Position numbers and translations under genes: made by a program
Part shown: in pieces, positions 39,001 through 51,000 of the stretch
How positions within the stretch are numbered: the first letter of the stretch is position 1
Layout: every line of letters begins with the position of its first letter
Notes under the pieces: model-generated
What the model saw: only the letters and a program-made list of their open reading frames with translations
What the model was told of the DNA's origin: nothing
Databases searched by the model: none
Source of the DNA: Squalus acanthias
Taxonomy: Eukaryota
Direction: 5' to 3'
Length of the DNA stretch: 64,000 nt
Assembly (NCBI GenBank): GCA_030390025.1
Contig: CM059431.1
Coordinates: 155,808,001 to 155,872,000, forward strand

Positions 39001-42000
39001 GCGCCGGGATCTCGACAGGATTACAGGACAGGACAACGTTACATAAATAGAAAGGACCAGCGTTGAGTCACCCAGGGCGCCTGGATTTTCTGTCATTATA
39101 ACCAGGCGCTTTATCTCCCAATCCTGACCTTATATAAGGCACGCCAATCACATCATTATATCATACGCGCAGATAAGTTGTACCTTAACTAATGAGCTTC
39201 ATTCACAGAACTTTGTTTATTCACATTTGCGTTACATAACTGAGGAGGTATTGGACAAATTGAACAGTTTAGCATCATACATTAGTCGCGGTTTTTTTTA
39301 AGAAATGGGACATTATGGCATTCATGGGGAGAGAGGATGTGGCCTCGGGAGATGTCCCAGAGCATTGGGCCGAAGTAGGGTCGGGACTTATGAAGAAGTA
39401 GAATGGAAGAAATGACGTGGATATGTTCAGTAGAAATGGTTTAAACCCGCGCAGCCTGCAGTGGCTCAATCCAGTTCGATGGTTTACTGGAAACGCACGG
39501 CCGATTTCATAGAGAACGGGCGGAAAATTTCGGCCCTGATCGTAGGGAAATTCCTACAGTTAACTTTGTATATGCCAGTTAATGCCAGTTATTACAGTTT
39601 TGATCTGTCTTCAGGTTTTCCACTGGGACTGTAATGAGCACGCGTAATACTTGCGCTGCTCGCTGTGACTTTTCGAGGGCTCTTGGCTACTGGAATTACA
39701 TTAACTGCACGAAGTTTGGCAGTGAATTCTCAGATCCCCAGGATACTCATTGTGGCAGAACACCGATGACAATGCCATTGAATGTCAACGGCAATTGGTT
39801 AGGATTTCTCTAGTTGCAGGTAGGCAGTACCTGGGACTTAGGCGGCATAAATGTAAGCTGCCACTTATCGGCCAAACCTGGATGTTGTCCAGTTGTTGCT
39901 TCATGCGGGCATGTACTGCCTCATTTTCTGAGGAATTGCGAATGTAACTGAACACTGTGCAATCATCAGCGAGGAACCTAAATTCTGAATGTTTGAAGGA
40001 AGTTCAATGATGAAGCAGCTGACGATAATTGCGCCCAGCTGGCAACCGTTTAAATATCACGGTTAATCCATGAGTTCCTGTACTCTTAATATGAATGCAT
40101 TCATGAAAATTCCAGAAAGAATACATTGACAGAGAGATATCTCAGAAGAGCACTACAAATGTTGGTTACACTGGCACCGGACAACAATTTCATGGTGGCT
40201 ACAGAAGTTAAAGAAGTACAGCATTAAGTATTGCTTATATCGTTAATTGCACAGAACAATGTCTGTCTAAACAGTCAATCATATGACTCATTTAACACTA
40301 TATGAAGCTAACATATATGAAGCATACCTTGTGATCTGTTTCAGTAAACACGTTTGCCTCTACGAGCGATTGGCTAACGTCCTCTATTACCTCCTCAATT
40401 GACTGTTCTAGTCTCTGACGATAGGAAACGATAATTCTGCGCAGCTGGATATTCGTGCATCTCGCCAGCGTTAGTAAGATTTTATTACCTGAATTTTCTG
40501 TCAAGGTGCAAATGAGAACACATTAACATACAGTGGCCGCTATGAAACAGTGAATAAAGTGAACTAACAGCTATGGCAACAGCAGTTGTTCAGAGTCTTT
40601 CAAGCTGTGGCACGCCCTGTGGAGCGTTACTGATGTGGTATTCAGAATTAACGCTGCCTTTTTTGCTGGAGTTAAGATAAATAGCCCAGTCCTTGAAACA
40701 TGTGGTCGCTGTTTAAAATAAGTATGCGGTAGAGAGGTTGAAGCTCAGAGGAACTGATTTTGAATCAGTGGGAATGAATTCTATGCCTGGAGTCCAAAGC
40801 AGATGAACCGATACACTGGGGACAACCACAAAGGGAGAGTTGGGACAGGAGTGTAACAGGGGGGATGCGGAGACGACATTTGAGATAAGATGGGCGAGGG
40901 ATGTGTAAATGAGTAGGAGGATTTCACAAATGATCAATGTGGGATAAGAAATCAATGTGGATCAGTTAATGAGGGCACTACGGATCCATGCAACGAATGT
41001 TGTATTTGAATCGGAGTAGTAGAGCTCTGTCTAAGCTGGAATATATAAAGGGCAGTGCCAAATGTCGCATAAAGAATCAGGTATAAAACACACAGAAGCA
41101 TGCATAAAGTAACAACATTCAGTCCCTTCCCAGCGGCATACCGTGGCTGCAGTGTGTACCATCTAGAAGATGCACAGCAGCAACTTGTAAAGGCTTATTG
41201 ACCCAAACACGCGAACTCTATCACCTAGAAGGACAAGAGAAGCAGGCAAATGGGAACACCACCACTTCCAAGTTCCCCTCCAAGTCTCACAACTTCCTGA
41301 CTTGGAACTATAATGCCGGTCCTTCATCGTTTCTTGGCCAAAATCCTGGCACTTCCCCCCAACAGCATTGTGGGAGTACCTTCACCACAAGGACTGCAGC
41401 AGTGCAAGAAAGCGGATAACCACCATCTTCTCAAGCACAATTAGGGATGGGTAATAAATTTTGGCCTTGTCAGCCACGCCAACATCGCTTGAATGAATAA
41501 AAAATATATATTTATATTGAAACGTATGTCCGGATAATTACCCTATAACTGTTCCGGACGATGATCTGAGATCCCAGGTTATATTGCACAGTGTATCACG
41601 AACATACCAGGTGTGCATTGGTTTCACAGTGTATCACGGTGCTACCTGCTGTATATAGGTTTCCACAGTATATCAGGAAACTGTCAGTTGTGGATGGGGC
41701 ATCAGAGTGTATCAGGATAGTGAAAGGTGTTTATGGGGTTTCGCGGTGTATCAGGATACTGACAGGTGTTTAGGGGGTTTCAAAGTACATCAGGATCCTG
41801 CAAGATATGTATGCGGTTTCACTGTATATCAGAATATGCCAGGTGCGGGTGGGCTTTCAAAGCCTATCGGGATCCTGCCAGGTGTGTATGGGGTTTCACA
41901 TTTTGTCGGGATCATATCAGGCATCTGCGGGCTGAAAACGGTATGAGGATCCTGGAATGTGTGTATGGGGTTTCAGATTGTAACAGGATTCTAAGAAATA

Positions 42001-45000
42001 TATCTGAAGTTTTAAATTATATCATGATCGTGCAATATATTTAAGGGGTTTTGCAGTATACCGGAATCCTGCCAGGTGTGTATTTGTTATCAACAGTGTA
42101 TAGGAATCGGGCCATGTGCGTCTGGGGTTTCACAGTGTATCCGGATCCCACCAGGTGTGTATGAGATTTTACACTGTATTAGGATCCTACCAGTTGTGTA
42201 TGGGGTTTCAGAGTTTATCAGGATCCTGCCAGGTGTGTATGAGATTTGACAGTGTAGCAGGATCCTGCTATGTGTGTATGGAGTTTCAATGTAAATCAGG
42301 GTCCTACAATGTATGCATGCAGTTTCACAATATATCGCGATCCTGCATGGTGTCTGTGCGGATCCACGGTGTCTTGCGTTCCTGCTAGGTGTGTATGGGT
42401 ATTTAAAGTGCATCAGGATTCTGCCAGGTATGTATGGCGTTGCACACTGTATCAGGATACTGCTAGGTGTGTATGTGGTTTCGCAGTGTATAAGGATACT
42501 GACAAGTGTTGAAGTGGTTTCAAAGTACATCAGAATCTTGCAAGGTATGCATGTGGTTTCACAATACATCGGGATCTGCATCGTGAGTATGGGGCTACAA
42601 AAAACATCAGGATCCTGCAAGGTATGTAGGCTGTCTCACTGTATATCGGAATATGCCAGGTGCGTGTGGCTTTTCAAAGCTTATGACTGCTTTTACGTTG
42701 GAAGTTCCAGGATTTTGACTCAGCGATGATGACGCATCGGCGATATACTTCTAAGTCAGGATGCTGTGTGATTTGCAGGGGAACTTGGAGGTGGTTGTGT
42801 TCCCATGCGCCTGCTGTCCTTTCCCTTCTAGGTGAAAGCTTTCGCGGGTTTGCGAGGTGCTGTCGTAGAAGCCTTGGCGAGTTGCTGCAGTGCATCTTGT
42901 AGATGGTACACACTGCAGCCACGGTATGCCGGTGGTGGAGGGAGTGAATGTTCAAGGTAGTGGATGGGATGCCAATCAAGAGGGCTGCTTTGTCTTGGAT
43001 GTTCTCGAGCTTCTTGAGTGTTGTTGGAGCTGCACTCATCCACGCAAGTGGAGAGTATTCCATCACATTCCTTACTTGTTCCTTTAAATATTTGAAAGGC
43101 TTTGGGGAGTCTTCGACACAAGTTCACAGATTTCACAGTGCAGCAGGATCCTGTCAGGTGTGTATGGGGTTTCACAATGTATCGGGATCCTGCCAGGTCT
43201 GTAAGTGCTTTCTTGTATATCGGGATCCTGCCAGGTGTGTTTGGGGTTTGACAGTGTATCAGGATCCTGCCAGGTGTATATGGTGTTTGACAGTTTATCG
43301 GGATCTTGCCAGGTGTGTTTGGGGTTTGACATTGTATCGGGATCCTGCCAGGTGTGTAAGGGTTTCTCATTGTTTCAGGAACCTGCCAGGTATGAATGGG
43401 ATTGCAAAGCATATCAGGCTCCTGCAACGAATATACGGTTTTTCACATTTTGTCAGTATCATGTCAGGTATTTAAGGCTTTAACAGTGTATCAGGATCCT
43501 GCAAGTTGTGTATAGGTATTCGCAATTAATCAGGATTCTGCTAGTGATGTTCATGGAGTCACAGAGTATAAGGATCCTTCCAGGTGTGTTTCAGATTTTG
43601 TCGAGATTCTGCGAAATATATATGGGGTTTTAAATTAAATCATGATCCTGCCACATGTTTACGGGATTATACAGTATATTGGCAATTATGTTAGGTATGT
43701 ATTTGGTTCCAAGAGGATTGGGATCGTGCCATGTATGTCTTGGGTTTCACAGTGTAACAGAATCCTAACAGAAATGTACGGGGTTTCACAGTGTAACAGG
43801 ATCCGAACATCAATGTACGGGTTGTCACAGTGTAACAGGAAGCTAACGGGTATGAATGTGGTTAAAAGCTATTTCAGGATCCTACAAGATAGGCATGTGA
43901 TTTCACAATATATCACGATACTGCCTGGTGTCGATTGGGTTCCACTTTCTTTTGGTTACTGCTAGGTTTGTATTGTTGTTCAAAGTGCATCGAAATCCCG
44001 CCAGGTGTTTATGGTGTTCCACAGTGTAACAGGATCCTGACAGGTATGTAAGGGTTTTAACAATGTATTAGGATCCTGCCCGGTGTGTATGGGGTTTCAC
44101 AATGTATTAGGATTCTGGCATGGTGTGCTTGGTGGATCACAGTGTATCGGTGTCCTCTCAGGTATTCATGGGTTTTAACATTGTATCCGAATACTGCCAG
44201 TTCTGTATGGTGTTTCATAGTGTATCCAATTCCTGACAGGCTGTTTATGGGGTTTCACAGTGTATCGGGATCCTGCCAGGTGTGTATGGGGATTCACAGC
44301 ATGTCACGATCATGCCAGGTGTGTATGGCGATTTACAGTGTATCAGGATCCTGCCAGGTGTTGATGCGGTTTCACAGTGTATCAGGATCCTACCAGGTGT
44401 GTATGAGATTTCATAGTGTAGCAGGATCCTTCCCTGTGTGTATGGAATTTCACAATGTATGGGATCCTGACAGTTGTTAATTGGGTTGCAAATAACATCT
44501 GGATTCTGAAAGGTATGTATGCGGCTTCACTTTATCTCGTGAAGTGCCAGGTGCCTGTGGGCTATCAAAGCGTATCAGGATCCTGACATAAATGTATGGG
44601 GTTTCTCATTTTGTCGTTATCATATCAGATTTCTCCGGGTTTAATAGCGTGCAGAGCCAGATTAAACGGAATGGATTTGAACAGTGTGTTTTATTTGGTA
44701 ACTTGGAAAGCTTGGTAATTCGGAGAAGAGGGTGAAGGAGTTGTTGCTTTTTGCTGACACTACTTGTGGTGCGTTCTGTTACAGGTAGATATTTAATTTA
44801 AATACCCTTAACTTATTATAGATCAAATTACTAGTCAAGAAACTACATTGTAAACTAATTTACCTCAATACAAATCTAAATAACATTAATTAACAAAAAC
44901 AAGGTCATATAGGGATGTCAGCGCAGTGGGTGTGCCGCAACTGCAGCATGTGCAAATTGTGGAGAGCACTGTGATCCCGGACAACCACGTTTGCATTAAG

Positions 45001-48000
45001 TGCCTGCAGGAAAAAATCTTCATTTAGAAAGACACGGATTAATCAAGGTAATCAGCAAGGATTTGTTAAGGGAAGCTCGTATCTGACAAACTGAATTGAA
45101 CATTTTTGAGGAGATAACAAGAAGAGTAGAAGAGGGTAGTGCGTTTGATGTAGTGTATATGGACTTTAGCTAGGCTTTTGATAAGGTTCCACATGGCAGA
45201 CTGGTAACGAAGTTAAAATCCCATGGGATCCAGGGAAATTGTCAAGTTGGAATCAAAACTGGCTCGGAGACAGGAAGCAGAGGGTAATGGAAGGCTATTT
45301 CCAGTGGCGTACCATAGGGCTCACTACTAGATCCCTTGCTTTTTGTGGTATATATCAATGATATAGACAATAATATAAGGGGTATGATTAAGAAGTTTGC
45401 AGCTGATACTAAAATCGGCTGTGTAGTTGATACTGAAGAACAAGCTCTAGACAGCAGGAAGATATCAATACATTGGTCAGTTGGGCAGAACAGTGGCAAA
45501 TGGAATTCAATCCGGAGAAGTGTGCGTAAATGCATTTGGGGAGAGCTAACTAGGAAACGGAATACACATTAAATGCTAGGGCACTGAGTAGTGTAGAGCA
45601 ACAAAGGGACCTTGGAGTGCATGTGCACAGATCCCAGAAGGTAGCAGGCCAGGTAGATAAGGTGGTTAGGAAAGCATGCGGAAAGCTTGCCTTTAGATTT
45701 ATTAGCCTTGGAATAGAATACGAGAGCACGGGGGTTATGCTTCAACTGTATAAAACACTAGTTAGGCCTCAGCTAGAGTACTGCGTGCAGTTCTGGTCAC
45801 CACATTACAGGAAAGATTGCACTAGAGAGGGTACAGAGGAGATTTACAAGGGTGTTGCCTGGAGTAGAGAATATTAGCAATGAGGAAAGACTGGATAGGC
45901 TGGGTCTGTTTTGTTTGGAACAGAGAAGGATGAGGGGAGATATTATTGAGGTATATACAATTATGAGGGGGCATAGATAAAGTGGATAGAAAGAACCTAT
46001 TTCCCATAGCAGATTGGTCAAAATCCAGGGGGCACAGATTTAAAATAATTGATGGAAGGTCTACAGGGGATTTGAGGGGAAATATATACACCCAGAGGGT
46101 TGTGTGGGTCTGGAACTCATTGCCTGAAAGGATGGTAGATGCAGGAATCCAACCTCATTTAAAACGTACTTGGATGTACACTTGCGATGCTCTAACCAGC
46201 AGGGCTACGGACCAGGAGCTGGGAAGTGGGATTAGGCTGGATAGTTCTTTGTTGGCCGGCGCGGACAGCATGGGTCGAAATGTCCTCCTTCCATGCTGTA
46301 ACTTTCTATGATTCTATGATTCTATGGCCTTGAGCAATTCAGCTCAGATTTTTTGTGAATGAGTCTCAGATGAAGATATTGCGGTGCATCATGGATGGGC
46401 AGAATTAGCTGGGCACTTTGACTAGGAGGCAGTCACACCTCTTAGGTTACCAATTGATACATGTCTGTTTTGTGGTCAGCGACAGCAGGTTGTGTCAGCA
46501 AATCAGCCAGCTAAGAGGACCCCAGGTGCATGCTGCAGGAGTCTCAGCCATTGTCCTTGCCCAACAGGTATGAGGGTCTTGCTGCCTGTGTGGATGAAGG
46601 AAAAGACTGCAGGATGAATGAACGAGTTGACTATGGCACCGTGGTGCAGGAGGCAATTCAAGTGTGGGAGTGAAAGGGAATATAGTTGTGGTAGGTGACA
46701 ATATAGTCAAGAGGACAAATAATGTTATCTGCAGCCGCGACCGAGAGTTCCGTAATTTTGCGTTGCCTGCTCGATGCAAGGGTTAAAGACATCTCCTCGC
46801 GAATGGAGAAGAAATTGGATTGGGAGGGGAAGATCCAGTTGACATGGTCCACGTAGGAACCAACGACATACGTAGAACTAGGAATGTGGTTCTGCTGAGG
46901 GTTTTTGAGCAGCTAGGATCCAAAATGAAAAGCAGAACCTCAAAGGTAATAATCTCTGGATTTTGACCTGAGGCACGCGCAAATTGACATAGGGACAAAC
47001 AGATTAGAGGTTTCAGTGCGAGGCTCAAAGTGTAATGTGGGAGGAATTGGTTTCAGTTCATGGGGCACTAGCACCTGTACTGGGGAAAGAGCGAGGTGTT
47101 CCGTTGGGACGGGCTTCACTTAACATAAGAACATAAGAACATAAGAAATAGGAGCAGGAGTAGGCCAATCGGCCCCTCGAGCCTGCTCCGCCATTCAATA
47201 AGATCATGGCTGATCTGATCCTAACCGCCAATCTACTATCTATCACAGAACCATCTCCTGCATCTAACAGAATTGCACACACGAAATAGGAGCAGAATCA
47301 GGCTACACAGTCCCTGGGCCCGCTCCACTACCCACAGGGCCATGACCGATCCGAACCTAGACTCATGTCCAAATTCCTGCCCGCTCCCCGTAACCCTTAA
47401 TGCCCTTTACTTCTAGGAAACTGTCTATTTCTGTTTTAAATTTAATTAATGTTGTAGCTTCTACAGCTTTTTGTGGCAGCATATTCCATGGACCTACCAC
47501 CCTCTGAGTGAAGTAGTTCCTCCTCATCTCAGTTTTGAAAGAGCAGCCCCTTATTCTAAGACTATGTCCCCTAGTTCTCGTCTCACCCGTCATCGGGAAC
47601 ATCCTCCCCGCATCCACCCGATCCAACCCCTTCACAATCTTATATGTTTCAATAAGATCGCCTCTCATTCTTCTGAACTCCAATGAGTAGAGTCCCAATC
47701 TACCCAACCTCTCCTCATATGACCACCCCCTCATCCCCGGGATTAACCGAGTGAACCTTTTTTGCACTGCCTCGAGAGCAAGGATGTCTTTCCTTAAGTA
47801 AGGACACCAAAACTGTATGCAGTATTCCAGGTGCGGTCTCACCAATACCTTGTACAACTGAAGCAATACCTCCCTATTTTTATATTCTATCCCCCTAGCA
47901 ATGAAAGCCAACATTCCATTTGCCTTCTTAATCACTTGCTGCACCTGCATACTAACCTTTTGAGTTTCGTGCACCAGGACCCCCAGATCCCTTTGCACTT

Positions 48001-51000
48001 CAGTACTCTCCAGTTTCTTGCCATTAAGATAATAAATTGCTCTAGGATTTTTCCTGCCAAAGTGCATCACCTCACACTTTCCAGTGTTGTATTCCATCTG
48101 CCAAATCTCTGCCCACTTACTTAGCCTGTCTATGTCCCCTTGCAGGTTTTTTATGTCCTCCTCACTCACTACTTTCCCTCCCATCTTTGTATCATCTGCA
48201 AATTTTGATATGTTACACTTGGTCCCTTCCTCCAAATCGTTAATATAGATTGTGAAGAGTTGGGGACCCAGCACTGACCCCTGTGGAACACCACTAGTTA
48301 CTGATTGCCAGTCTGAGAATGAACCATTTATCCCAACTCTTTGCTTTCTGTTAGATAGCCAATCCTCTATCCATGCCAGAATATTACCCCCAATCCCGTG
48401 ATTTTTTACCTTAAGCAATAATATTTTGTGTGGCACCTTGTCAAATGCCTTTTGAAAGTCTAAATACACTACGTCCACTGGTTCCCCTTTATCCACTCTA
48501 TATGTTACTTCCTCAAAGAACTCCAGCAAATTTGTCAAACATGACTTCCCCTTCGTAAAACCATGCTGACTTTGTCCTATTAAATTATGATTATCCAAAT
48601 GTCCTGTTACTGTTTCCTTAATAATGGACTCCAAAATTTTACCTACCACAGATGTTAGGCTAACCGGTCTATAGTTACCAGCCTTCTGTCTACTGCCCTT
48701 TTTAAATAAGGGTGTTACATTAGCAGTTTTCCAGTCTGCCGGGACCTTAGCGGAATCCAGGGAGTTTTGAAAAATTATTACCAATGCATCTACAATCCCT
48801 ACCGCCACTTCCTTCAAGACTCTAGGATGTAAGCCATCAGGTCCAGGTGATTTATCCGCCTTGAGTCCCATTATTTTACCGAGTACCACTTCCTTAGTGA
48901 TTTTGATCGTGTTTAGCTCCTCTCCCCCTATAGCCCCCTGTTTGTCCAGTGTTGGGATATTCTTCGTGTCCTCTACTGTAAAGACTGATACAAAATATTC
49001 ATTCAGTGTTTTTGCCATCTCCATATTTCCCACCATTAATTTCCCGGTCTCATCCTCTAAGGGACCAACATTTACTTTAGCCACCCTTTTTCTTTTTATA
49101 TAACTATAAAAACTCTTACTATCTGTTTTTATATTTTTTGCTAATTTACTTTCATAATCTATCTTCCCTTTCTTAATCAATCTTTTTGTTATTTTTTGCT
49201 GCCTTTTAAAGTTTTCCCAATCCTCTGTCCTCCCACTAGATTTAAATCGGGCTGGGAGCAGTGTTCTGGCGAACCGTATAACTAGGGCAGTAAACATTGA
49301 TTTAAACTAATGAAGGGGGCTTAGGAGGATTCATGAAAGAGTAAATTTAAAGCAGCGGGAGAAATGTCTGTGCTCTAGAGCAGAGTAGAATTTTGGGTAA
49401 AAATAAGCAGTGTATCAGGAAGGGATAGACAGAGTAATAAAAGTAATAAGACAACGGCAACTTAGGTGACATCAGGGAAGAATAGAAATTAGTCACAGCT
49501 GAAGCCTCTATATCTGAATGTGCGAAGCATTCGCAACAAATTTGATGAATTAATAGCACTGATAGAAATTAACAGGTTTGATCTAATAGACATAAAGGAG
49601 ACGTGGTTGCAAAGTGACCAAGGTTGGGAACTAAATATTGCAGGATACTTAACTTTTAGAAGAGATTGGCAAACTGGAAAAGTAGGAGCGGAAGCCGTGA
49701 TAATAAAGGATGGGATAACGACAATTGAGAGGAAGGATCTCAGCTCCGAACATCAAGAAGTAGTATCAGTTTGAGTGGAGCTAAGAAACAGCAAGGGGAA
49801 GAAAGCATTGGAGGGAGCTGTTTATAGGCCCCCAAACACTAGTTAAAAAGAAGGGCGGAATATAAATCAGGAAATATAGAGGCGCATGTAACAAGGGTAA
49901 TACGGTGATGATAAGGGACTTTGAGCTACATATAGGCTGGGCAAACCAAATTTGTAGTAATAGTGTGGAGGACGAATTCATTGAATTTATGCAAGATCGT
50001 TTTCTAGATCAGTATGTTGGGGAACCAGCTGGGGGAAGTGCTATTTTATATCTAGAATTGAGCAATGAGAAAGGGTTCATTAATAACCTTGTATAAAGGG
50101 CTCTTTAGGGAAGAGTAAGCATAATAAGATAGACTTTTTTATTGATTTTTAAAGTGATTTAGTTAAATCCAATTCTAGACTCTTAAATCTAAACAAAGCA
50201 AACTATTAGGTATGGGGTGTGAGCTGGCTACGGTAGATTGCGAAAATACATTAAAAGGTATGATGGAAGACAAGCAATAGCTAGCATTTTAAGAATTAAT
50301 ACATAATTTACAACAAATGTATATTCCTTTAAGGCACAAAAACCCCACAGGAAAAGTTGTACATCCATGGCTAACAAGAGAAGTAAACAATAGTATTAGA
50401 TCAAAGGAAGAGGCTTATAATGTTGCCAATGAGAGAAGTATGCCTGAGGATTCGGTGAATTTTAGAATTCAGCAAAGGAGGGCCAAGTAATTGATAAAGA
50501 AAGGGAAAATATAATATGAGAGTAAACCAGCGAGAGATATAAAATTCAGACTGTAAAAGCTTCTATAGGTATATAAAAAAGGGAAAGCTTAACGAAAGTA
50601 AATGTTGGTCTGTGAAACCCCATACACACCCTGGCAGGATCCCGATATACTATGAAACCGCACACAAGCCTGACAGTAACCTAGTATACTCTGAAAACCC
50701 ATACACACCGGCAGGATTGTAACGAGATTCTGCGATATATCTATGGGGTTTAATAGTATATGATGACCATGCCACATGTTTAACGCGTTTTACAGTATAT
50801 TGGGAATCCTGCTCGGTGTTATTTTGGTTTCAAGTGTATAGGCATCGTGACAGTTGCGTCTGGGGTTTCACAGTGCATCAGGTTCCTGCCAGGTGTGTAT
50901 GGGTTTTCACACTGTGAATGGATCCTAACAGGTGTGTACGGGGGTTTCAAAGTATTTCAGGATCCTGCAAGGTAGGCATGCGGTTTCACAATCAATCACG

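Noticed and set aside
41560..44650. Regular repeats as a possible CRISPR array
   Set aside because: Contiguous degenerate units without unique spacers, in vertebrate DNA with no cas genes.
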